Assembly (NCBI GenBank): GCA_019752635.1
Contig: JAIELX010000059.1
Coordinates: 63,191-127,190, forward strand
Direction: 5' to 3'
Source: Candidatus Obscuribacterales bacterium
Lineage (GTDB): Bacteria > Cyanobacteriota > Vampirovibrionia > Obscuribacterales > Obscuribacteraceae
Length of the DNA: 64,000 nt
Each line of letters opens with the position of its first letter. Position 1 is the stretch's first letter. Under the pieces are notes generated by a model, which made no database searches, was not told the DNA's origin, and saw nothing but the letters and a program-made list of their open reading frames with translations. Positions 9,056 through 18,062 of the stretch are shown one piece after another. The position numbers were made by a program, and so were the translations under genes.

Positions 9056-9337
9056 ATGAATCAAGAAAACGCTAAGAACCAATTCCCGGTATCAGTCGAA
9101 AAGGAAGACGGTGATAAGTCCGCACAACTCTCTCCCGGGCAAGTCGGCGAGATGAACTGGCTCAGCACCTTGCAGCAAAGAATCGAGAATGGAGTTCGCG
9201 GCTTCGATGCCACTTCCTTGGTTGATGATTGCGCCGCTGCTTCCAAACGGGGAACGAACCTTGCTCGAGGGTTAATCTTCGGATCACTGAAAGCTGCGGG
9301 AGTTGGACCTCTCTTGCTGTGCGATAAGCTTCCCTAG
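9056..9337 (+). CDS. Hypothetical 93-aa protein
   Basis: ATG-started ORF between the pseudokinase and giant genes on the same strand. Confidence 0.5.
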   Translation: MNQENAKNQFPVSVEKEDGDKSAQLSPGQVGEMNWLSTLQQRIENGVRGFDATSLVDDCAAASKRGTNLARGLIFGSLKAAGVGPLLLCDKLP

Positions 9338-9478
9338 GAAGCCGGTGCAAGGATTCCGGGATTTTGTGCTTCGGTTTGACTCGAGCACGTCCCGGGAAAG
9401 AGCTTAATATGCCTTCGTTCGGATCGATAGGGATATTAGTGTCGTAGCGCACCGGATCTTTTTCACGAGGAGTGAGCC

Positions 9479-12400
9479 ATGGCGGGTCTCGATACGACAG
9501 AAAAAACAGAGGAGAAGAAGGAGGATGTTACTTCTTCTCCTGAGGCGCTGTTTCGGCAGGTTGATCGCCTGCTGAAGGACGATACCGTGGCCGGTATCGA
9601 AAAGGGGGCGCCGGCGAAGTTCTTCGACGCTGAGGGAAAACCGGTTGATAATCTGGTGGGGCGTAAAGAGCCTGTTATTAGCATAAGTGTTGATGAAAAC
9701 GGCGATGCTCGCGTCGCAATTTTTCCCAATGGACAAGCTGCTCGAGATAGAAAAGTTCCTGAACTATTAGTGATCGTTTCGCGCACCAAAGATGCCGACG
9801 TGAGCAAAGAAACTCGAAAGTTCGTCGAACCGAGCAGAGGTGGTGAGGATAAGCCTACTGCCACTGTTGTCACGGAGATCAATAAGAAGGAGAACACCGC
9901 AACAATTACGGCAATTACCGGCGAAGATCAACAAACGGTCAAGTTTAAGAACGGATTGCCGCTAACTATCGACCAGAAGAATTCTGCCGGAGGCTTGCAC
10001 TGCGAGATTGGTCCAGACGGAAAAATAACCAAGCTCGAGATTAATGGCAAGGAACCGGATGCTACAAAGCTGCAAGGAATAATAGACGCTCTTCAACAGA
10101 CTGCCAATCTTGTGGCCGTAGAGAACGGTTTTCCTAAGCCTCCGCGCATGTCGTACAAAGATGCCGCCACTTTGACCGAAAGACCTGCCGGTGGCGATCG
10201 CGTGCCCGATAAAGTAATCGACGTCCTGAAGGATTTAACACCGGAGCAGCGATTGGCTGTCGAACGAACGCAGGAGCTGCAGGGACAGATTTTGCTGCTT
10301 GTCGACAAGATGAAGTTCAATTCCGATGACGAACGCAAACAATTTATCCAGAGTTTGAAGAATGAACTTGGCGTTAGGGTCGGACCAAATTCATACAGTA
10401 CATTGCCGACCTTCGGAGATGCCACCAAAGAGGGCTTTAAGAAACTAATTGAGTTGCATCAGAAAGCGGCTCTTCCGGGGATGCTTCTTGAATTGGAAAA
10501 AATGCAACTTCCGCTTGTTCCCGGCTGTCCTCTGGAAGTGCGCAACGACACTCCCGGCGTCGTTAGATCAACTGAGCGGTTCTACCAGGATGTTCAGCAG
10601 GGGAAGGGCGAGCTGAACATTGATCCAAATAAACTGGAGGACTTGGATAAGCTTCGCCGAGTAAACGATTGGTTGGAGTCGGCTAGTAATCTGTTGGAAA
10701 ACGAGCGGTTTAACCGACTGGAGAAGTATCTAAGCCAGAAAGTTGAGGACGGGATTACCGGCGGAAAATACCCCGAGGGATGGCGGCGTCCTAAAGATAT
10801 GGATGTGAAAACGTGGTGCGTTGCCGTCGACAAAGCAATCGTCAACTACGAGCATGCCACCAAGATGATCGAGATGATCGATCATTTGCAAAAATCCGGA
10901 AAAGGTTTTAAAAGCGATGCGCTTAAAGAGAGCGAGTTGCCGCCCGGGCTGACCATTGAGCGAGATAAAGACGGCAAGATCACCAAGGTCAAGTTCGATG
11001 AGCGGCTGATGATTTCAGACTTGTCGCTGCAAAGCGATAATAACAGGAAGAAGCTCGATGTGCTTGATGCGTACTGCGCTAAATTTGAGGCGGAAACTCG
11101 TGGCGCTATGCTGGAACTGCTGAAAGATCAGCAGGAGATACCGGGCTATGGCGAGGCAGAGGTGAAGGGCGGCTGGATTAGTCCAGATGGTAAAGAGTTT
11201 GTAGTTGGAAACAAGGACTGTCCGCACGAGGGTTGGCAGAAGTTCAACCTAATCTCCTACAACATGAAAGTTGAGACGGACAAGAACACCGGTAAGATAA
11301 AAGTAAGCACAGAATGTTCGTTTGAGGACGTTCCATGGTTCGGCTATTTGAACAGTTTTGCTGACACAAAGCATGTTCATCGCAGCAAGAGCCCTAAAGA
11401 ATACGATCCTGATGCATGGGTCGCGGTGCAAACCAGACCAATCATGGACGAAAAGTCTAAGCAGCTTATTCCCGGCGTTCAGTTTGTTAAAGCTAGAGAC
11501 CTGGATGACTTTGTCAAGAAACAGGCCTTAGAGCACTATGGCAATAAGGCCATCATGTTTACCATGGACGCCGCCATGGCTATTAGTGGCGGACTGCATG
11601 TTGCGGCGGCTCTGAAGGTTGCTCAACTCGGTGCCAAAGAAGCCGTAGTCATTGGGGCAAAGGCTCTGAAAACAGAGGCCGTGACTGACATTCCTAAGCT
11701 ATTGGTTGCTCGTGCATTAGCCAAAGGTTCTTTCGAAATCGGACTCGGCGTAACTGGTATTTTTCACAACGCCGGCGCCCATGAAATTCCCTGGATGAGC
11801 ACCACTTCTGATTTGCGTTCTGCCTGGTTCCTGGGGCACGCGGGGTACTCTGTTGCGCAGCTCCTGAGATTGCAGCGCGCGGCCGGCGCAGTTCTTGAAG
11901 CGACATCACCTGCGGTGGCCGGGCGACTACATACAGCTATTGACACCATTCGCGGTACCGAGAGCACAATGAAGGCTATGGCTCAGGCACAGGCCGGAGC
12001 TATGCACAAGTTGCCGGCCGGCTTTGAAGGTGCCGAGAAGGTAGCTCAAGCCGCATTTTATGTTAGTGACAAAGCATTTTTGTCGATGTTCTCTTGGGAT
12101 ATGATTCGCATGGGGCAACGGCTTCGAGAAAGCCCTGATCAAATCAACAAGTCATTCCGTGCTTTCCGTGAGCTGAATGCCAACGACTCCAGTGCACTGG
12201 AAAAATTTGCCGCTAGTTCGGCCGTGTCTTCCGACCATGTCGGGGCCTACCTGGGCCGCTATCGAGATACCCTTGTGTCTCCGACTGCCAACTTCGATCC
12301 GGAAAAGTTGGTAAGTGCATTTGTTAAAGAGAGTCGTCAGCCGATTTCTGATCAAGATAGAAAAAATCTTGTTGAGCAATACAAGAATGCTTTCTTCTCC

Positions 12401-15400
12401 AAACCTTCGCCAGAAGCGGTTCAGCAAATGGACCAGATTATTGCGCGTATGTCGGAGCTTTCAAAGCCTGGTTCTTCACCTGAGGCTCGGCAAAAATACG
12501 CTGTAGAGCTGATGCAGTATTTGCGCTACAGCGGTAGTCAAATCTCGGATAAGCAAGGCGGGCGAAGTGAAGAACTTGCGCCTCAGGACTTGCTGAAGCT
12601 TTCCGGCGCTGATCACAAAGCGCTTGATCCGAATGTTCGAAGGATTGCTGCACTTGCTCTCTTGTCTTTGACAAGGAAGCCCGACGGTTCATGGGATGAA
12701 ACTGTCGCTAAGCGCACAGTGGATATCCCGCCGTACAATCTCGTAACTTACGACTCCGAAGGCAATGCGCATACGCAAGAAGTAAAAGGCAAGCAAAGTC
12801 ATCAAAAGGTCTCGGCCAAAGAACTCATCGAATTGCTGCAGGGCGACCTGAGGGCTGAAACAAACGATAGTGTCAGGCTTGAAAAGGCGCTGGCGATGCA
12901 TGATGTCGGGCTGATTTCAAACGAGCGGCTTGCCGACATGCTGATGAAGCGAATTGATGGCACCACAGAACAAGACAAAGGAAAACGGCTGGAAGCTATC
13001 GTCGATCTTGCTGCTTTGATGAGCAAAGTCAAATTAGCTGAGAGCGTCAACAATTTGTTAGGAAGTCCGGACGACAAGCATGACCGCAACGGGCTGACCA
13101 TCGGACTTACTCACGCAGACCTGACAAAGCGAGTTGAAGACCTTGCCGCTTCCACGCAGGACAAGGATGTGCGTAACACTCTAACTCTTGCTTTGGCGAT
13201 GATGAAAAAGGACAGTTTCGATCAGGTTGATAAGCAGCGTATGGAAACTGCTTTCCTGAAGAAGCCGCCTGGTATCAGCGAGGCTGAGCTCACAAAAATG
13301 CTGCGGGACGATCTAAATTCCTCCCCGACAGATACGGCCGGCTGGGAACGGAAGTTGATTGCAGCTGAGCTCCTGTCTCGCCAAGCGGTGCGCGAAGGCA
13401 AGTTGGATCTTGATGCAGCGCGGGCCCTCAAAGAATGTGTTAACGCATCAAAGCAACCTGCCATCGCCTTGCGCGCTACGCAGGCATTCCTCGAACCGAT
13501 AAATGGTGTTCGCTTGCTCGATCGCCTGGAGAAGGAAGAACCGAAAGCCTGGCGCACACCAGTGCTGGGCACTGCTACGAACTTGCTATTGAGCATTGAT
13601 GTGCACAAGGCGACGACGCCGGCAGAGAAGCTGGCTGCCGCCAAAACGAAAGAGGCTCTGATACCACTTTTAACAAAGGGTGTTTTAGATAGCAAAGACA
13701 ATGCGTTGATAAGCAACCTGAACGCTGTGCTGCAAGTAGTCAGCAGACGTGAGAAAGAAGGTGTTCAAGAGATTAGAGCTGCCGCAATTAAGGGAATGGC
13801 AGCGCTAAATATTAGGGATGACGATACGATCAAAGCTGTTACGGCCCATCTTAAAGCCGAAGCGGAGCCCTCGCCTTTGGTGCGACTTGCTGCGGCAGAA
13901 GCCTTTGTTGCGTTGACGCCAGTGGCGAAAACACGAATGGATGTGCTTGGTCCTTTGGCAGCTACAGAGAAGGATCCGGCCGTTCGCGCTGCGCTGGAGA
14001 AATACTTCCGTGCAGCCGGAGACATTAACGACGCTGGCTCCCAAAAAAGCGAACAGGCGGTTTCTGATAAGGTCACCGATCAGAACAAGAAGGAAATTAA
14101 GCGCGATGAGCAATTAGCCTGGATAAGGTCTTTCGCTCCGAGACTGGTGCAGAACGAAAATCTGACTCACTACTTCGATAGCTCAAAGGAAACGGTAAAG
14201 CGCCCTTATGCCGGCACCACTCCCTCTTTTGACACTGCATGGAGAGATGCCACGGCACTTTCGACCGACAGTCGCTGGTCTGCGCCAGACGCCGAGGGGA
14301 TGCGTCAGTCCGGACGCGAGGAGTTGATTCGCCTCGAGCTAATTGCGCAAAACAAGGCATTCAATGCGTACAAGGCCGGAATAGACGACCTTGCTCAGAA
14401 AGCGAGGGCTGGTAGCACAACTCTCGTTGATAAAACATTCTTTGCTGGACAGGAAGTTACGGAAAGCGAGGCCGCAATATTGGCTTTGGGCTGGCTTTCC
14501 AGTGCACCGCCGCAACTTGGCAAAGAGTTGCAAGGGCACCGAACACCAAATCCGAAAACTGATCCGAAAGAATCCGGACCCTATATTTATCCGGACTACA
14601 CCCCCGAACAAAAACGCACTCGTGAAAGGTTCCTCCGAGATGAATACGGTCGGGGATTAGTACACTTTGACCGGTCGGGTAACCCTGGCGACCAACTTCA
14701 GGAAAGAGCCGCTACCAAGCTGGCGGAGCTTGCTACGATGAGTGAGAAGAACATCAACGTAAAGTTGGTGGCGGATCAACTGCTTGCCGGACTAAAGAGC
14801 GATGCGTCGACCAGCGACAAGAGCCGCCTAATTCTGATCGGTGGACTCGAGAAGATATTGGCGAATCCCAACGTCAGTGACGCCGAGAAAAGAGACATAG
14901 TGAAAAGACTCTCCGTCATTGTTGCGGATACTAAAGAAGCTAAGGAGGACAAACAGAAATCGCTGGTAGCGATGACCACTTTGCTGGATAGACACTTGAA
15001 AGTATTTGAGAAATTTACCAAGGAGTCCAGCGATGCGCGTGTCGGGCTGCAGGCGCGTGCCCATTTAGATTCTGTAAACACACCGCCTGATGCGCGTATG
15101 GCGGCGCAGCAAGCCTATGACAGCCAGTGGCAGAGTGTAGTATCGGAGTATTCTCGCTTGCGAGCAGGCTCGGAGAGCCCTCGCGATCGCGCGAATCTCT
15201 TGCCCAAGGATCTTGCTCCATTGGAGATCGCTAACAAGAAGGAGGGACATGATGAACGTGTTCATGAAGCCGTTCAGAAAATTATCTTAGCGACCAAAGG
15301 CGAGCCTCTGAAAGCTGGTGATCCTCGCCTTCAGAAAATTATGGAACTTACTGATGAGAAGTATGACCAGCGCGTAAGAATGGCCGCAATGATGGCTCTT

Positions 15401-17005
15401 TCGCAATCCTCTGATGCCACCATCAAACAGGACGCAGCCGAAAAGATCTATAACTTTGCTATTACTTCGCTTGAAACCGCGAACGGTCCGCGCGACTCTG
15501 GACCTGATAGCGCCTACGACAGAGGCCTTAAGGACGAAGTTTACAACAGAGCGCTGCGTAACGATGCTTTCAAATTGCTCGAGACACTGCCTCCGGTAAA
15601 ATCTGATACAAGTACCGATTTAGCAGCGATGCGACTAAATCTAGAGACCGCTTTGTCCCGGGCTACAGGACAGAAGCGCGAGGCTCTCGCGGGAAAGAGT
15701 CCTGACGAACTCATCAAGATGACTAGCGACTATGCCAAACAGAAGAACGAATCAGGTACGCCGGCAGAAAAGGCGATTGCGCGAGAGTTAACTCGGCGCT
15801 TGCATCTATATGGTGAAGCTAATACGTTGCTGGCGACCCAGAGGCTAAAGTCCGGTGATAAGGCTGCTGCGGATACTTTGTACACTACTGCCCTTACCGC
15901 GTTTGGTCTCGACAAAACTTCCGTGGAGCAGCTCACGGAGTTTGTCAAAGTTGACGGGCATAAGACTGTCAATTTCACTTCCCGCTCGCAGATTCGGGAG
16001 ATGCACGATAAGTTGATTGCGCAGGTTCAGGAAACTGGTTCTTTCCCGGCTTTGCTCAACGCTCTCAACGGTCAGGCAAGGTTGAACGCAAGCAATCTGT
16101 CGGACAAGGGCTTGCCGGCGCCGGAAGTGTTTAAGAGTTTGGATCGTTCGATTGCATTACTCGGTACAGCAAACCTTGTTTCCAGCCGTTATCATCCGCC
16201 CGATTCCGTGAGCCGCGCAGAACTCGCCATGACCATTGGCGATGTGTACAAGCAGATAGGGGCTCCGTCGTCTCGCGTCGGATTGGCCGATAGATGGAAT
16301 AGCTATGCTGCGAACTTTTACGACCACGCTGCGAAGAATCTTCAAGCTGTTCGTACTGCAGAACTTCGACCGCCAGCCACCACCACTTCTGTCGACGAGC
16401 CATTATTGAAAGCCCATAAAGCCAATGTGTTGGCTTTGGTTGAAAAATATCACTTCCAGGGACAGTACGACAAAAGTAAGGATCGCGAAAAAGTCCTGGG
16501 GTGGTCGCTAGGAGACGTGCAAAAGGCGCTCGATGCGCACCCCGACAAGAATTCTCCCGACTATCACTTCTTGCGGTTCACAAAATCGCGGTTCGAGGCG
16601 CTCCATGCTACCGGTGAGCAAAAGGAAGCAGCAAAGAAGGCGACAGTTGATGCTTTGCAAGATCACCTCACAAGTACCCGCAAGGCTTACGGCTCAAGTT
16701 CGCAAGAATACAGTCACGCATTGAGTCGAGTATGGCTTTACTACGAGGATATGAAAGAGCCCGAAAAAGCGGTGGCTTTCTTCGAAAAAAGTCTGGCGGA
16801 TGCCACACAGCCGAATCAAAGAGCCGAGCGGCTTGCGTTGCTGGGGCAATACTATACGTTCATGAACCAGACACCAAGATTGGATACAAAGCAATCAAAC
16901 AATCCGGAGTATACGGCGCAGTATTCTGCGCGAAAGGCAAAGCAAACAGAAAAAGCCGCAGCCATTGCTGCTGAGTATCGCGCTCTAGTTCCGCCGAAAA
17001 AGTAG
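9479..17005 (+). CDS. Giant 2508-aa alpha-helical protein with a central hydrophobic region, HEAT-like repeats and a TPR-like C-terminus
   Basis: GAGGAG RBS. Ala/Gly-rich hydrophobic stretch at ~aa 690-880. HEAT-like EIRAAAIKGMAAL, EPSPLVRLAAAEAF, EKDPAVRAAL, DQRVRMAAMMAL. TPR-like PEKAVAFFEKSLA. No signal peptide. Confidence 0.9.
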   Translation: MAGLDTTEKTEEKKEDVTSSPEALFRQVDRLLKDDTVAGIEKGAPAKFFDAEGKPVDNLVGRKEPVISISVDENGDARVAIFPNGQAARDRKVPELLVIVSRTKDADVSKETRKFVEPSRGGEDKPTATVVTEINKKENTATITAITGEDQQTVKFKNGLPLTIDQKNSAGGLHCEIGPDGKITKLEINGKEPDATKLQGIIDALQQTANLVAVENGFPKPPRMSYKDAATLTERPAGGDRVPDKVIDVLKDLTPEQRLAVERTQELQGQILLLVDKMKFNSDDERKQFIQSLKNELGVRVGPNSYSTLPTFGDATKEGFKKLIELHQKAALPGMLLELEKMQLPLVPGCPLEVRNDTPGVVRSTERFYQDVQQGKGELNIDPNKLEDLDKLRRVNDWLESASNLLENERFNRLEKYLSQKVEDGITGGKYPEGWRRPKDMDVKTWCVAVDKAIVNYEHATKMIEMIDHLQKSGKGFKSDALKESELPPGLTIERDKDGKITKVKFDERLMISDLSLQSDNNRKKLDVLDAYCAKFEAETRGAMLELLKDQQEIPGYGEAEVKGGWISPDGKEFVVGNKDCPHEGWQKFNLISYNMKVETDKNTGKIKVSTECSFEDVPWFGYLNSFADTKHVHRSKSPKEYDPDAWVAVQTRPIMDEKSKQLIPGVQFVKARDLDDFVKKQALEHYGNKAIMFTMDAAMAISGGLHVAAALKVAQLGAKEAVVIGAKALKTEAVTDIPKLLVARALAKGSFEIGLGVTGIFHNAGAHEIPWMSTTSDLRSAWFLGHAGYSVAQLLRLQRAAGAVLEATSPAVAGRLHTAIDTIRGTESTMKAMAQAQAGAMHKLPAGFEGAEKVAQAAFYVSDKAFLSMFSWDMIRMGQRLRESPDQINKSFRAFRELNANDSSALEKFAASSAVSSDHVGAYLGRYRDTLVSPTANFDPEKLVSAFVKESRQPISDQDRKNLVEQYKNAFFSKPSPEAVQQMDQIIARMSELSKPGSSPEARQKYAVELMQYLRYSGSQISDKQGGRSEELAPQDLLKLSGADHKALDPNVRRIAALALLSLTRKPDGSWDETVAKRTVDIPPYNLVTYDSEGNAHTQEVKGKQSHQKVSAKELIELLQGDLRAETNDSVRLEKALAMHDVGLISNERLADMLMKRIDGTTEQDKGKRLEAIVDLAALMSKVKLAESVNNLLGSPDDKHDRNGLTIGLTHADLTKRVEDLAASTQDKDVRNTLTLALAMMKKDSFDQVDKQRMETAFLKKPPGISEAELTKMLRDDLNSSPTDTAGWERKLIAAELLSRQAVREGKLDLDAARALKECVNASKQPAIALRATQAFLEPINGVRLLDRLEKEEPKAWRTPVLGTATNLLLSIDVHKATTPAEKLAAAKTKEALIPLLTKGVLDSKDNALISNLNAVLQVVSRREKEGVQEIRAAAIKGMAALNIRDDDTIKAVTAHLKAEAEPSPLVRLAAAEAFVALTPVAKTRMDVLGPLAATEKDPAVRAALEKYFRAAGDINDAGSQKSEQAVSDKVTDQNKKEIKRDEQLAWIRSFAPRLVQNENLTHYFDSSKETVKRPYAGTTPSFDTAWRDATALSTDSRWSAPDAEGMRQSGREELIRLELIAQNKAFNAYKAGIDDLAQKARAGSTTLVDKTFFAGQEVTESEAAILALGWLSSAPPQLGKELQGHRTPNPKTDPKESGPYIYPDYTPEQKRTRERFLRDEYGRGLVHFDRSGNPGDQLQERAATKLAELATMSEKNINVKLVADQLLAGLKSDASTSDKSRLILIGGLEKILANPNVSDAEKRDIVKRLSVIVADTKEAKEDKQKSLVAMTTLLDRHLKVFEKFTKESSDARVGLQARAHLDSVNTPPDARMAAQQAYDSQWQSVVSEYSRLRAGSESPRDRANLLPKDLAPLEIANKKEGHDERVHEAVQKIILATKGEPLKAGDPRLQKIMELTDEKYDQRVRMAAMMALSQSSDATIKQDAAEKIYNFAITSLETANGPRDSGPDSAYDRGLKDEVYNRALRNDAFKLLETLPPVKSDTSTDLAAMRLNLETALSRATGQKREALAGKSPDELIKMTSDYAKQKNESGTPAEKAIARELTRRLHLYGEANTLLATQRLKSGDKAAADTLYTTALTAFGLDKTSVEQLTEFVKVDGHKTVNFTSRSQIREMHDKLIAQVQETGSFPALLNALNGQARLNASNLSDKGLPAPEVFKSLDRSIALLGTANLVSSRYHPPDSVSRAELAMTIGDVYKQIGAPSSRVGLADRWNSYAANFYDHAAKNLQAVRTAELRPPATTTSVDEPLLKAHKANVLALVEKYHFQGQYDKSKDREKVLGWSLGDVQKALDAHPDKNSPDYHFLRFTKSRFEALHATGEQKEAAKKATVDALQDHLTSTRKAYGSSSQEYSHALSRVWLYYEDMKEPEKAVAFFEKSLADATQPNQRAERLALLGQYYTFMNQTPRLDTKQSNNPEYTAQYSARKAKQTEKAAAIAAEYRALVPPKK

Positions 17006-17066
17006 TTGAGTGCACTAGGATCAATCTCTTTCTTTGCAGCGAATCCGGCCAGCTTCTCTTGAACAA

Positions 17067-17960
17067 CTACGATGCCGGATCGAGCTGCAACCCGGCGTCT
17101 TGAAGTCCTGTGCGCAAAGTGCTCATGATGCTATTTCTGGTGCCGCCCACGACTTTGTCGGCACCGGCACGATGAAGCGAGTCCTCCAATTCCCGACGTT
17201 CAGGCAGTAAGATTCTCTGTGCGCAGAGCTCCGTCGGCAGTTGCGCGAGCCAGTCCTTCTCTTGCGTTCTCTTCGGGAAGCGGTCCTCGGGCTCGCTGTT
17301 GAGAGTGGACAAAGTTGATTGCACCAACTCAAAGGCATCAAGAACGTCAGCCTCCGTAATTTCGTTCGCGAAGCCGATGGTCGCGATGTTGAAGTCCGTT
17401 GCGTTCTCATGGCTCGCTCGTATCTCCGCTGCGGCGTCAGCGATCATGAATAGTCTTTGATGACCGAGCTTTCGACAGACAAAGTCGAAGTGGTCTCGAC
17501 CCTTGTTGAAATTTGGTCTACGCCCCAGGATCTCAGTTAAGTAGCCGCGAACTTCCATGCCCTGACGACTCGCGATCCAGGCGTCGAGGACCTCTTGCTC
17601 AACGGCCGATGTAATGAAATTGCTATGTCCTGCTTTGCAGATATCCGCAAGGAGTTGTGATGCTCCCGGAAAGAAGTTGCATTGTTCACCGGCTCTGATG
17701 GCAAGCAAATTGTAGAGCGCTGTAGCGTCCTCTACGTCAGATACCTTTCCGCTTCGTTCCTCGTTCCAAAGTTTGAGCTTGTCCGCGCAAGAAATCCCGG
17801 ACTTCTCAAATGCGAAGTTAATCAGATCTTCGAATTGAATCTCGTCACGTTGAAGCATCCTTCCGGCATACCAGACGGTCGCGGCGAAAGCCACCGCATT
17901 GAGGTGCATCCGATGAACAAGCACTCCATCTCGAATCCACAGTACTGCGTTTTTTGTCAT
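17067..17960 (-). CDS. HAD-superfamily hydrolase-like protein (motif I degenerate)
   Basis: WIRDGVL (motif I), FFPGASQLL, FITS (II), K (III), MIADAAAEI (IV). Confidence 0.7.
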   Translation of the reverse strand: MTKNAVLWIRDGVLVHRMHLNAVAFAATVWYAGRMLQRDEIQFEDLINFAFEKSGISCADKLKLWNEERSGKVSDVEDATALYNLLAIRAGEQCNFFPGASQLLADICKAGHSNFITSAVEQEVLDAWIASRQGMEVRGYLTEILGRRPNFNKGRDHFDFVCRKLGHQRLFMIADAAAEIRASHENATDFNIATIGFANEITEADVLDAFELVQSTLSTLNSEPEDRFPKRTQEKDWLAQLPTELCAQRILLPERRELEDSLHRAGADKVVGGTRNSIMSTLRTGLQDAGLQLDPAS

Positions 17961-18062
17961 TGCGCCTCGAGTATGAGAAGTTTTTGGTTCAAGTGGAACC
18001 TCTCGGGGTTTTCTCGTCGGTCGGGTTACTGATTTTTTTTGTCCCGAAAATTCAGGGCTTTG

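Noticed and set aside
1703..9337. Canonical class III/IV lanthipeptide gene cluster
   Set aside because: No LanC-like cyclase, precursor-like Ser/Thr/Cys peptide or peptide exporter is present, and the kinase is PI3/4K/HipA-like rather than Hanks-type. Kept only as an analogy.
9335..9400. ggaagccggtgcaaggattccgg resembles the start of a cobalamin riboswitch
   Set aside because: The downstream GCCCCCGC/ACTGT elements and the B12 box are missing, and the downstream gene is not B12-related.
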